The translations under genes were made by a program, and so were the position numbers. From the NCBI RefSeq assembly GCF_037042905.1, contig NC_087245.1, forward strand, positions 18,354,001-18,418,000: DNA of 64,000 nucleotides, in the 5' to 3' direction. The notes below the pieces were generated by a model. That model was not told the origin of the DNA. It saw nothing but the letters and a program-made list of their open reading frames with translations, and did not search any database. The stretch comes from Lytechinus pictus. Its lineage: Eukaryota. Shown here in pieces: positions 49,001-63,900 of this stretch; the first letter of the stretch is position 1; every line of letters starts with the position of its first letter.

Positions 49001-52000
49001 TGATGGCGACGCGTGATGCCGCCAATTTAATGGAAGAGGTGATCTATGTTAAAAATAGATCACTGGGAATATTTCATTCTTTATTCAAATAAAATACCTG
49101 AATATTATTCACATGACAAAATATAGACCAAAGCCGTATTGTGGACCGACATTGCGCTAGATATTGTAATACTGCTTCAATATTGAAAAAACCCTTAAAT
49201 TTGACTTTTTATATATTTTATATGCTTCCAACAGACTAAACTTTGTGAGAAATATTCATCAGTGATGTTAAGTGTCATTGTTGAGACTACTTGCCGAGCA
49301 ATTTACAAATGTATTTCAATAATTTGTCCCTTCGCCCCTGGAAAAGTGAGCAACATATACTGCCCATGTTATGAGACCGAAAAGTAATTGTCATGGCAAC
49401 ACCACTGGCTTACAGATGGGGTCGAAGGCCATGGATCCCTTAGATATCGACGATCAAGAATTATTTTTTTAATCCATGAAAAAAAAAAATTTTCACGATT
49501 TTTATTTGTATTTTCATTTTATCCCATACGTCATGTCTGACCCCCATAAACTTTTTGGGCTCATTACGCCACTGCAAAGCATAATTTCTTTTGAGCCAGT
49601 TTGCCACTTAGTAAAAAAAAGAACATTTTGTCTACAACTTGCGAGAAGGATCTAATATATGCCTTCATCATAATTTTCTGTTCGCATTATCATTTCATTC
49701 CATTTCTCTCACAGTACCTGTCTATGTGCAGTCAATGTTTTATCATTGCATATATGCAAATTTGGCATGTCAATGTTTAAAGTTTAAAGAATGATATATA
49801 TTCTCTAGAAATCCTTTAGAAATAGGCTTGAATTTGTAAAAGTTTTTTCATAGATATTGATGATATTTTTTCCCCACAGATCACTAGATCACACGGAACA
49901 ATGATAACCAACATGGCGTATGCTGATGACCCAGTAACCGTCACAATAACAGCTGAAGATGAACGTGGTAACATAGGAACATGTTCGTTCTTAGTTGATG
50001 TTGTAGGTTAGTACGAAACAATTAATTTTTCAAGAAAGACCAGAATATAGTGTTTCCTTAACAATATGGTGTCTCCGATTGCATTTACTTATTCTGCTGC
50101 CTTTAGGTGCCGCTTTATCGATGGTGTTTTAATTGCCATGATAATTAAGTATATGGACTGAGTTAATGAAAGTTGGACATAAGAGTAATCAAGGACCGGA
50201 ATCACTAATCATCTTAGATTAGTTTCAGGTCAAATTATCAAGGTAAAAGGTCATTTAGGGTCAATGATCTTTAACAATGTTGGGGTATCCATACTGAAAT
50301 CTTAAGCAAGATTATTTGAAATGACATAACTTACATGAAGGGAGTATAAGCCTAGTACATAAGAGCCTATTTCATGAAACTGGGAAAAATGTAATGAAGT
50401 ATCATGGATCTTCTTTTTCGAGTTGTAGGTCACATGATCAAGGTCAAAGGGGTTTTTTTTAGCGAAAATCTCGTGCAAAATCTTTTTGCAAATTAGTATT
50501 TAAAAAAAGGAAAAATAAATAAGAAAAAGAAACAAAGAGTGACCTTCCATGATAATGCTATCAGTCTTTCACTATGTTTGCCGACTTCATCGAATTTTCT
50601 CAATACAGACGATGAGAAACCAGTGTGGTCATCGTGTCCCAGCAACATGACAGTAATGGCTATTGTTGGAACAAACTTCCAGAATGTGTCTTGGACACAG
50701 CCAACTGTCACCGATAACTCGGGAAATGATCCAATCAGGAGTAATAATCCGCGATCTTCCCAGCTCTTCTCTGGGGGTACTTGGCCTTTGGTCTACACAG
50801 CTACCGATGATTCTGGCAATGTTGGAACTTGCGAATTCTTTGTCACTGTCACCGGTATGTTTCCACAGTTCCAATTTCTTTGTCTTTGACATATCTGACT
50901 ATTAGTACAATTTGCTTTCAATTTCTTTGTCTTTGACATATCCGACTATTAGTGCATTTTGCTTTCAATTTCTGTGTCATATCTGACTATCAGTGCAAAA
51001 TATGCTTAGATAGAATCCATTTTGTTATTATTGTTTGATATCAAGTTGAATTACAGTAATCCAATCTATTACAAATGGAGGAACATAATTATAAGAAGAT
51101 TTTATCTGTCTTTATATTTTTAATGATTTGTCCCTTAAAGTCCTAAAAAAAAGCACTTAGCACGGACGCTGTTATTATTTTTTTTAACTTTCACTTTAAG
51201 AAAGAAATGGTAAGAGTGAACATTAAGGTACACCAAACAGAGGACAACTGAAGCAGACAGAAATGAGCAAACTGTGAAAAACTGTCACAAGATATGTCAC
51301 GGCACTCTTTTGAGAGCTTTAAAAAAATGTGCAATACTCGAAAAGCTTCAATCATGTCTTTACCATTTCAGAATTGTTTTATTGATGATAAGGGCCAGTT
51401 CCTCTTTTAATACACTTTATATGCACAAGATAAGTCATTTATATTGAGTGATGCATAATATAAAAGAAATTCAATCAATACTACACCTTGTAACATCCAA
51501 AATATCAGATTGCTTGATAAGCAAAGGAACATCGGGACTTCGATAAAGTACTATACAGATTTGCCATGCATGGTGTTGGCTATGTGTTGGCTAAAATTCT
51601 TTTCGATGCCTTTGTACTTCTTAATACTGGATATTACATTTTTTTCATTAAATATATTTTGATCTTTTAGTTGACGATGATGTACCTGTATTTTCCAATT
51701 GTCCATTGGCTGATCTTCGAGTAAACTCTGAGCCAAACAGCAATTCGGTCGTGGTTGACTGGGGTGAGATCCTTGCTACAGACGACTCTGGAAACCCTAC
51801 AATAACATCGAACTTTGCAAGGAATCAACGTCTTGAAATCGGTTCCTATAATATTGAGTACCAAGCCATAGATATCCATGGCAATATAGGATACTGTAGA
51901 TTCACCGTTCAGGTAGTTGGTGAGTAATGACAGTTATATTTTAATTGCAGAGCAGCTGTAGTTACTCAGAATTATATACATGTAGCATATTTGAAAGTAT

Positions 52001-55000
52001 TTCCCAATATTTCCTTCTCGTGTTTACACGTTGGGAATATAGTGACTTCATAATGGGCACAATTTTATGAATTTCAAAGTTTTGTGATATTATTCAATAC
52101 ACTAAAATGCTATAATTATCGCATTTTGCAAGTCCAATATTTTACTTTGATATGAGTGCTTTTTCCCTTATTCATTTTTGGGGTCTTCTGTATAAATACT
52201 GATTAATAACAGAATATACGCGTTTAAAGCAAGTTACATTGTGCGACATTCTTCTTTCAGATGGTGATGCCCCAGGATTTAATGGATGTCCCGATAATAT
52301 TGAAGTATTCATAATGGCCTCACAGCCTGATGTCATTGTTACATGGGAAGAACCAACATTTACGGACAACTCGATTCAGGGTTCAGCAACAGCAACACGG
52401 TCACCCAGCAGCCCTGCTCCAGGATCTCGACTGTCTGCTGGTATCCATCGAATTGAATATATAGCTATGGATGACGCGGGAAATACCGCCTCAACCTGTT
52501 CATTTACTGTTGAGGTCGTAGTAGAGACAGGTACGCCTTTTACCCCAATAAATCTATACATACATTTATATACAATACATACATATATATATATATATGT
52601 GTGTGTGTGAGGGTGTGTGTGTGTGTGTGTGTGTGTGTATGTTTTTCCTTCTATATTGTCAAATGACTAGATCTGGAAGTATTTTATAAAACAATAGATG
52701 CATGCTTTCATGAATTCGTCCATTATACGATCTATTCACTGTCACTATCGTTGAGGCTTTGCTTAACCCATTGCACTCAGCCTAACGACTTCGTGTAATA
52801 GATTGAACAGAGCCTCAACTCGAATGCGGATATATTGCGTCATGAACTCATGTGCTGTCATTATTCGTGTACAATTTATTTTACAGATACCATTGAACTG
52901 GATGGATCACTTCTCCTTGATGTTGTACGTGGGATTGATGGACAGTTCAGCCTGACAACAACGCGACTAGAGTTCCTCAGAAATGACGTAAGCTGAATCA
53001 TGGACCTATTAGGTCCATGGCTGAATTAAGTGTTTTTACGCCATGTTCGAAACATTCTTGATAAAACGGCACTCCCATGAAATAGCATACACAAGTTGAT
53101 TGAGACTACTCAGCATGGTAGGATATAAGATCCTTTATAATAAAAATGAAGTACTTCAAAGAAAACAATTAAACGTTAGGTGGGACGTTATACTTGGAAG
53201 AAGGACTTTGAGTTTTGACTTTCGAGTATAACCTAACGTTTAACAGAAAATCATTGGAAATTATAAAGAGGTGGTATCGTGTTACTGAAGCATGTAAAAC
53301 GTTGTGAAAATAAGTCTGAAGTAGATTTGCTTCAAAAGAAGATGATTGATAAATACATTATATAATACAACGGTTATAGTATTCTTAATGAAAAAAAATC
53401 TTAGTTGTATATAGATATAAGATATGATACAATTCGTTTAAGAATTTAAAATCGGTTAATAAACATGATAAACCTGGAATGAACTAAATGGATGAAGGAT
53501 AGTTGCAAATGAGGTTTAAAGATGTTTTTTGTTTTTGTTTCTTGTACGAGTAAGAAGTGCTGGTTGAATCATTAGTGATTGTGTTCAGAATACACATACA
53601 AAAATATGTAATATGGTAAATGAGAGAGAGAAAAACAAAGTTGGGCTTGAAAATATTTCTAAGAGGATGTACACTAAAGAAATAATTGTTGTGAACATTA
53701 CAAAGCATTGAATGAACAACTCAAATGAGAGCAAAGAAAAATGTTCCTGACCATCTTTAAGAATATATATTTTCAAACTAAACATGTGATTTAGAAGTTG
53801 GAACCCTTTTCATGAATATTTTCCATTGATCTTACTTTTTGGATCAACCACGGGTGCTACTTTTTTTCAAAAAATCTAATACAATGTCTTCTTTCTCTCG
53901 TTTTTCCTTCAGCTTGATGATCTCTTCAGAATCTCCTCCAGCTTAGCTCCACAATTTGTTGGTATTGAAATCCAAGTATCAACATTTGACGTCTCGAATA
54001 ACTTACTGGCCCAATTCCGTTTACATCTCAAAAACCCGTCGTACTACAATGAAGAAGAAGTAAAGCAAGCTTTTGAATCAGCTCTCACTGGTGGAAGAGA
54101 CTTCGCCACGACAAATACATATGTACCAGGGTCGTTTGATCTCAGTACGTATATCTGTTTTCAATTCATGTTAGCATTGATACAAATATTGTATAATTAA
54201 TTTATGAACATGTGTTTATATTTCTCCACTTTTCAAAATTTCCATCCTCCTTCGCAAGCACAAACACACCTCGACTAATACATCCCCTCAACATATATGC
54301 CTAATAACCTACTCGCACCCACATTAACTTTTCTCCTACTTATAAAATCACGCTAAATTCATTGCATTGCTATTTTCTTTTAAGATAAAAGTCGATAATC
54401 TTCATAAACGAGGTGATAATATATTTCCTGGAAATACAATGTGAATATAGGATATAGTGACTAAATTAATTACACATTACTGCAATCAGATATGCATTAT
54501 TCGATTATTCTTGGGAACTTGTATTCAATTTAATTTCTTGATTATTTTGTTGTCTGTTTCCTTAAAGATGTGAGAGAATTTCGCGGCCATATTACCTTGT
54601 TTAGGATTGTGTCATCCTCTCCGAATGAAGTGGATTTCTTTACATGCTGTAACAATCCATCAAGCTCTTCATATACTGATTTGGAAGACAAAGTAAACCC
54701 GGGAGTGAGTTTGAATTTTGGTTATTGTAACAAAAGTCCATATATCTTCATATTTTAGATTTTCTACTTTAATCTGAATCATACTCTGAGGCCCATAACA
54801 CATAGCTTAGCAATGATCGTAAAATATCTTTCTACGATTGATTGCATTGACTACAATGTACAATCAATCGTGAGAATTAAGCGTACGATCAATCGTTTAC
54901 CTTTGTGTTATGGGACAGAGATCAGGTTAAGAAATGACCTGAAAAACTTTGAGGTCTTCCATGCTAATTTTCAAATATGACCACATGAATGTGAAAGGTG

Positions 55001-58000
55001 AAACCTTCATTTACTAATTCATTTGTACGTGAAACCACATGATTTAATTTATGTAGCTATGGACAACCTTTTCCCGGTTGGTGAACTTCAAGATGGTTAA
55101 AGCCTTACGGTTTAGAGCTGGAAGTGTCATTGTACCTTACACAATCACATTGGGCACTCAGGGGGGTTCAACAGCAACCACTGCACATGCCGATACTTTC
55201 CTCGACAATTCTGTTGATGAAACTTCCCTGGAGTGGATGCCAGGTGGACTGTCATCAGGCCTGTTCCTCTCAGGCCTATCATCACCTGACCTCATTCCTA
55301 TCACAGGCAAGGCGATATTTCTTTTTTTGGTCGATGTCGCTCATAACCATTATTTCGTAGAAAAGGAAGCACAACAACTTATTAAAAGTAACGACACTTT
55401 ATATCCAGATGTGTTGTAATTCGATGTTAATGAATTCTATCCAGATAGGAAGGAATATCCCGAAATGGAATGAGTTGAGGCCACGTGCAGAAGAGCTTAG
55501 ACCTGCTCTCAGTTTTAGGTATAAGCACGAGGTCTATGTGAAAATATAATGCTTTCTCTACAGTGCGTCCCAAAAAAAACTATACACTTTTGAAATGGCT
55601 GCCAAATAATAAATGGAGCACTTTGCTGAAAAAAACTTACATATATGGAAAGCCAATAAAGTCAACTTTCAAATGACACCAAAAAGTTGGAAAACTATTC
55701 ATGCTTGAGCGAGCACTGCCCACTGAAACAAAGGGTATGAAAATTACGGTGGGCTGGAATTAGCCTTCCAATTTGTGTCAGTTTTTAAGAGGCAAATCCT
55801 TTTAAACTTGCAAAGTTAAGGGCGTTGTGATAAATTAATGATCAACCATGACCAGTTTTGGTTGCATAAGCAAATTTCATAAATTATTAAATTGAACTTT
55901 AATGCATTAGTGAGCATAAATTATACTTTTGGGGCAGCATTTCAACTTTATCATTTGGATCTCTTTTTTTGGCAGCATTTCAACTTTATCATGTGGATCT
56001 CAGCAATGTGTTCATGGGAGTCTGGAGGATAGGGGGTGAGATAGGATTTAAGTGGGAGAAGCAGGTTGATGGAATAAGGGTCAACAGAACATTGAGTCCC
56101 CGCCCCCTCCCTCTTTCCCACCCTCCCCCTCCCTCTTTCCCATCCTCCCCTCCTGTTGTGAGACTGATGGCTATTGTCATGTATGCGTGAAGTCCAGAGC
56201 AGAATGTCGATTTAATGATAAATTCTGAATTGGGGCATCAACTTTTTCCTATCAATCATTGAATCAACAATTTATTAGTAAATCAACTCATTCAATGTGC
56301 AATGTGATCAATCAAACATTCATTTTTTTTTCAATAAATTATTTCATTAATCATCATAATCATTAAATTTCTTGGTAATGATTCAATAAAAAAAATGACC
56401 ATCAGCCACCGGTCACTTGGCAGTTAAGTTTTGAATAGGCTACAATCCAGGAAAAGAGACAGAGAGAGAGAGGGGGGGGGCTGGGAAATGGAGGTGGAGA
56501 AGGGATGGTACATTTGACTATTAATTTGTAAAAAGGACAAAAAGAAGAGGAATGCCCTTTTAACAAAGTCTTAGCATATCTCGCCCTCTTGCTTGTAACA
56601 GGTACCATCACATTACTCTGACTCTCACGAACACACTTCTGAGGTCCACAAGATGAATATGCTACACTAAAATTACAACTCCGGTTCACTCATGCATTAA
56701 ATTTTAATTTAGTAACTCGTGGAATTTGCCTAAGAAACCAAAACTTATCTTACTCATCAATTTAGCTTAACACCCTTAGCTTAGCAAGTTCCAAAGGACT
56801 AACCACTCCAAAAAACTGTAAGGCTAATTCCTGCTCAGTCTAGCCGAGCTTAATCTCTCAGGAGAGAAGTGGGGGGGGGTGGGGGTTGAGATGGAGAGAG
56901 GGGTTGCTTAAATGTTCTGTTGACCTTTATCCCATCAACATACTTCACCTACCTAAGTCATATTACCCCCTCTTCTCCTGACTCTCATGAACACATTGTT
57001 GAGATCCACATGATAAAGACAAAATGCTGCACTAAAAATTGCAATTCATGATCACTCATGCATTAAATTTCAATTTGATAACGCATTAAATTTTCACAAA
57101 CAACAAACTGATCACAAATGATCTTTAATTCACCAAATAACCCTCAACATTTAAGTGCCAAACAAAAAAACCTGAAAGAAATTGGAAGGCTAATTCCGGC
57201 CCACCCTAATTTTCATACCCTTTGTTTCAGTGGGCAGTGCTCGCTCAAGCATGAATAGTTTTCCAACTTTTTGGTGTCATTTGAAAGTTGGCTTTATTGG
57301 CTTTCCATATCTATAAGTCTTTTCCCCCAAAGTGCTACATTTTTTATTTGGCAGCCATTTCAAAAGTGTATAGTTTTTTTTGGGACGCACTGTAGTGGCC
57401 TGACTGGCCTCATTACTTTGGACATCTGATGTTATCTCCAGTTGATTTCGATAAAACTTGACTTTCTTTGGAGTAAATCTTATCACATCTCATTTCCAAT
57501 AAGTCCTTGCCAATTTCTAGATCAACTATCAAACATATACTTAAAGAGCATATCATATTCCCCCTGCTAGATCTATGAACAGCTACTAAGGTTTCAGTCA
57601 CACATTTGTTGGAAGTCATATCACAAGACCTATAGAATATTTCTGGTTAAATTAAATGATCACCTTTTACATCGATGTTTAGTTATTGAATTAATTCTTT
57701 CTGTGTGAGTTATTGCAAGAAACTGATTATTTTTCTTCACCAAGTTTTTATTAGCTTAGGAAAGCTTCAGAAAATTTTACATTCCTCAGACAATTACAAA
57801 ACATGATTCAGTGCCATTCTGTCCGTATTTAAAAACCTTGCATGGTTTAATTCAAACAATGGGAATAGGTACTTGAAAAATGAATATGTTAAAATGGCAA
57901 TTTTGCTTGAATGTTATAATTTTGTTAAGTGCTAAATAATGAAACATAAGGAATAAATGTGCATTGTACAGGACAGTGTTTTGTATTTCGATCATGTAAT

Positions 58001-60872
58001 AATTAACTCATTTATTTTTCCATCTCAGAGGTCTGCCCATTATCATTTATCTGTTCAAACGGAGGAACTTGTACTGTCTTAAATTCGACTTTTGTTTACG
58101 ATCACGAATGCAGGTTTGTCTGTTAAAACCCCTATCACTGTTTTATGTTGCTATGTATATGAGGGTGTGTGTGTGTTTGGTGTTCACACTTGTGTTTATT
58201 ATTTTTTCACAAGAACTATTGTCATTAACATTTTGAAGTTATGCATGTATTATTATATGTTTTTAATATAGATATACTTAAGCATTATAACTTCAAGAGG
58301 TCAATATAACAGATAATTCGTCAGACGAAAAGTCGACCTCTCATAAATGAAAAGTAGATAACAACTATTATCTACATCTACAAGCATTATGCTGTCATTC
58401 CATTAGTTGTATTGTTGTATATTCCTTGCTAAAGGCTTGTAGCCTAGCGTGACAGGCTAGGCTACAAGCCTTTTGCAAGGAATATACAGATTTTGTTTAT
58501 TACAAAATTTCCCATAATGAAAACTTTTTTGCCTCCGACGAAGATTCTGCTAGGATCGAAAGCTTAGGCCCCTTTTGACTTTCTAATTTACTCCATTGGC
58601 TCTCTTTTATTAGATAAGCAGTTTTCAGCAGCTTCTTTTTGCCATAATGAAAACTTGTAATAATTAATACACTTTGATTCTTCCTTTTTTCAGCTGCCCC
58701 TCTGGGACATCAGGAGATACTTGTGAAAATACACAAGGTAATCTATCTTTATATACCAACAATTTTACTTGCACCCTTGCCCAATAATCGTGCAATACAA
58801 AGGAGTGTTTAAAAAATCATAATTCATATTTTAGCAACTATGGGATGTTTGTGTTCTGATAAATTAATAAATTATTCTGGTCATTATTCTCGTCATATGG
58901 GCCTGTCGTTAACAGTCTGCCAAATCACGACTATCAAATAATCATATATAACTCAAGTATGTCTTATGATTTCCGTAGACCATGAAACTGTCACTAAATA
59001 TCATAATCAGCATTCAGAAGTAAAATCAACTTAAGTGATAAAGGGGAAAACAAGGGTGTAGAAAGCTGGAAGTATGTCTAAGCTATGTTTACATGGTTAC
59101 TTTATTGAATATTATATGGGAACTCCTATAAAAAACCAATCACCGTACACACAAAAATAATATCGATGTGTAAACATGGAATCACTGTAGTTCACCTAAG
59201 CTTTATTAACTTTATGCAGTTTATCCTAATTATAAAAACTATAGAGATTCAGTTCATAGTTTTCCACCGCAGGATGTGAGGGTGTGGGTGTGTTTGTTGA
59301 TGTGAGGGTGTGTGCCCATTCATAGTTTTCCACCGCAGGATGTGAGGGTGTGGGTGTGTTTGTTGATGTGAGGGTGTGTGCCCATTCATAGTTTTCCACC
59401 GCAGGATGTGAGGGTGTGGGTGTGTTTGTTGATGTGAGGGTGTGTGCCCATTCATAGTTTTCCACCGCAGGATGTGAGGGTGTGGGTGTGTTTGTTGATG
59501 TGAGGGTGTGTGCCCATTCATAGTTTTCCACCGCAGGATGTGAGGGTGTGGGTGTGTTTGTTGATGTGAGGGTGTGTGCCCATTCATAGTTTTCCACCGC
59601 AGGATGTGAGGGTGTGGGTGTGTTTGTTGATGTGAGGGTGTGTGCCCATTCATAGTTTTCCACTGCAGGATGTGAGGGTGTGGGTGTGTTTGTTGATGTG
59701 AGGGTGTGTGCCCATTCATAGTTTTCCACCGCAGGATGTGAGGGTGTGGGTGTGTTTGTTGATGTGAGGGTGTGTGCCCATTCATAGTTTTCCACCGCAA
59801 GATGTGAGGGTGTGGGTGTGTTTGTTGATGTGAGGGTGTGTGCCCATTCATAGTTTTCCACCGCAGGATGTGAGGGTGTGGGTGTGTTTGTTGATGTGAG
59901 TGTGTGTGCGCATGTGTACACACATTGGGTAGGTTTAATATTTCCACAAGGCAGACATGCTTAAAAATTCTACATAGAACAATATATGACATGTTTGAAA
60001 GTTTGATAATAATTAAGGGCGTGTGTGAAGGTGTGTGTGGGTATACAAGAGGTTGTTTGTGACACACTGAGAGAGGTGTGTGTATGCGAATGTTGGTGTG
60101 TGTACACTTAATTATTCCACAGGGCCGAAACACTTCAATAATTTACCCATGATCTGTTTGAAAGTTTGATAATGATTGTCCTCATTCTACCTCAGTTGTT
60201 CTAAGCAGGGAAGTGATCATAGGAATTGTTGCAGGGGTAGTTGCTTTCCTCATTCTTCTCCTCTTCGTATGCTGCTGCTGCTTCTTCATCTTATCTGGAC
60301 CAAGAAAATACGAGGATCCCGAGTATGGTCGTAAAGCAGCTCCACTAATGCTCATGCCAAGGGTAAGAATTTAATAATAGTCGCCATGTTGATATTGATA
60401 GCACTAGTAGATGAAGCAATATAGTAGTAGTGGCATAAGCAGTGTAATAGTGGAAAAGTAGAATTGATAGTATACTGGTATGAGGTATAAGTGGTAGTAG
60501 TAGTAGTAGTAGTAGAAGTAGTCGTAGTAGTAGTAAAGAGAGTATATATAATAATATCAATAGTATGGGTATATGGTAATCATAGAAATCCACAGGGCAA
60601 TATGTGTGGAATAATACACACATGCTGACCTAGATCCTATCCTAATTAACATCAATACCCCATCCACTGCCTCCCCTTCATAGATCACTTCTTTTATCTG
60701 TTTATTAATTCAGTTCTGGAAGAATTGTACAAATACATGAAATAGTATATTTTTATCTAGAGGAACCTTGCCAGTGCTCTGTTAAGATAAGCACAGCTTG
60801 AGGCCTTGTGGGCCTGGACAGTAAATATATAAGTAGATATGTATATATATATATACTTATATATATATGTAT

Positions 60873-60905
<33 letters not shown>

Positions 60906-60910
60906 CATAT

Positions 60911-60993
<83 letters not shown>

Positions 60994-63900
60994 TATAAAC
61001 CCCCTCAAATAAAGTTTGGAAATCTGAATTCGGCCATTAATTTCTCCCAATTCCCAAATTTACACAACGCATATTTGATATCATTCAAAAGATAATTTAA
61101 TTCTCTTTAAAATGATACCATGCTTGTTATGATCATGCCATCACAAAAAGAGCAGAATTCAAAAGTGTTGGATGAGGTCTGAATTGAAAAGCTGCAAAAC
61201 GAGCAGAAATAGTCATGAAGGGCCAATAAAGAACACGATTCTTTTGTCTGTGTCAATAGAGATGAAAATCAATTCAAAAAGCCCCTGCTTTTTCATTTTT
61301 TTATATTTTGTTGTGGTTTATGTAGTGAAGATTCTATGAGATAACATGGTTTGAGTCGTGGTTTGAAATACCCATGCATGTTTGTTTGTTTTTATGAGCT
61401 TGCTTGTGCAGAGGCGTGTTTGATTCCATGTTAAGGTGCATGAAAACAAAAGAAACCGCTGAGAAACTCACGCATCACCAAGGAAAAAAAAAACAGTGAC
61501 GTTCAATAATTTAGCAACTTGAATTTTGACCTTGCCCTACATTTCAAGGCACTGCACCTCCTCATCATGTAGGGTATCATTTTAAAGACAATTAAATGAT
61601 ATATTAATTGGTATCAATCACACATTGATATTCACTAAAACCTAGGAGGAATTATCGATCAAATTCATATTTCCATACTTTATATATATATATAGTTTAT
61701 ATATATATATCTCATATGGAACTGATGTCCGTTATCCAAACTTTTCAAGAGCCATAACTGTATGATATCTTTATTATCTTCTAGGATGACTTCATTTATC
61801 CTCCACCTCCAATCATGGATCGTCCTGGTCCAATAATCACCGAAATGGAAGAGGGCTATGACGGACCACACTTCATTCATAATGGGGATGATTACCGCCC
61901 TCCTCCGCCTTTTCCACTTGCCATCGAACCTCCACCCCAGCTCCAAATCCCTCGACCAGTCACACTCGGCCCACAATTTCAGCACGACTATCTACATGTA
62001 GAGCCTTACGCACAACCTCGTCGAGAGACCTCTCGCAGGAATCGCTTCCAAGATATGCTTCAAGTGAGTTCATTTTATCATCTGAAGGCTAATTTCTTGG
62101 TTTCCAAAATATTCATCACGTTCCTTTCTCATTCCATTTTAATAAATCGAATTGATATTTTCAAGGTTCTTATGTGATTGATGTCATATTATTAAAAACC
62201 AACTTGTTAGGGTAGATTGCGCTTTGCACATTAGCACATTCGAAATAAATTTACATGTTTGTCAATTTATTTCAGTGATCAATATCGATTGAAGTAGATT
62301 GAGGTTTTTCTGTATACACATTTACCAGCACTGGAAAATGTCAAGTTCTCAGTCAAATACCAATAGGGTGCTGTATTCTGTCAGAAGTTAAGTTTGTATA
62401 TAAGCAAAATTTGTGTACAAGAAAACTATTGTAGTAATTATAACTTTTCTAAACTAACAAAACATTTTGTTTCATAAAAACTTAGGATCGTCTTCCACGT
62501 GGTCGGCGTAGCCGTAGAGATCATGAGGGACGCCATCACCAGCGTGATGATATGCCGGAAAGGGTATGTCGTTATACTTTTTCTTTACTTTTTATATATG
62601 TCCTCCAAAATATGGTTATACAGACAACTATCACAACCCTCATGTATATTTTTCATTACACACTTATCACTAATGGAAAGAGTCAATCAATTCTCTTTAA
62701 TTTGTGATCAAGCATTATGAAGTGGATTGTTCATGCATGCCAAATAACGAATGTAACAAAGTATTTTGAATAAGCCTCTACAGATTAATGAAACAATGAA
62801 TGAGGAATGGAAGGGATAGTTTTTGTCTCACCTGCATAGCAGAGTGAGACTATAGGCGCCGCTTTTCCGACGGCGGCGTCGTCAACATTGAAATCTTATT
62901 AAACCAAGGTTAAGTTTTTGAAATGTCATCGTAACTTAAAAAGTATATATGGACCTAGTTCATGAAACTTGGACATTAGGGTAATCAAGTGTTACTTAAC
63001 ATGCTGCCTGAGATTCAGGTCACATGACCAAGGTCAAAGGTCATTTAGGGTCAATGAACTTAGACCATGTTGGGGGAATAAATATCGAAATCTTAACCAA
63101 GGTCAAAGCTTTTGAAATGTCATAACTTCATAAGTATATGGACCTAGTTCATAAAACTTACACATAAGGGTAATAGTGTATCACTGAATATCCTGCCTGA
63201 GTTTCACGTCACATGATTAAGGTCAAAGGTCACTTAGGGTCAACAAACTTTGGACATATTAGGGGTATTTGAGGAATTGTCATCATAACTTCGAAATTTT
63301 ATGGATCTAGTTCATGAAACTTGGACATAAGAGCAATCAATTATCCTTGAACATCTCGTGTGAATTTCAGGTCACATGATCAAGGTCAAAGGTCATTTAG
63401 GGTCAACAAACTTTGGTAATGTTGGGGGTATTTTTGGAATTGTCATCATAACTTTAAAAGTCTATGGATTTAGTTCATGAAACTTGGACATAAGAGCAGC
63501 AATGTGTCCCTGAATACCCTGTGTGTGTTTCAGGAACATGGCCAAGGTCAAAGGTCAATGAACTCTGGCCGTGTTGGGAGTATGAGTTGAATTGGCATCA
63601 TAACTTAGGAAGTTTATGGTACTTGCTTATGAAACATCGACATAAGGGTAATCAAATATGAATGATAGTTTTGCACAATCCTTAGGTCACATGATCATGG
63701 TCAAAGGTCATTTTGGGTCAATGGACATAATATTTTATTATCTTACTAATGTTTTCTTCTGTGAATAATTATTCATTAGCTGTTTTTCAAAGGAAGCACT
63801 GCTGCTATATCGAATCGCGTAATGCAGGCGAGACTGCCAGAGGCGTTCCACTTGTTTCTTCTATGTATGGGGTCTGGTAATTCTCATTTTCATAGACATT

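Noticed and set aside
55561..57392. Autonomous Tc1/mariner transposon
   Set aside because: No transposase or DDE ORF between the inverted arms.
59226..60133. 231-aa and 294-aa minus-strand ORFs
   Set aside because: Artefacts of a stop-free 66-bp minisatellite, open in two frames.
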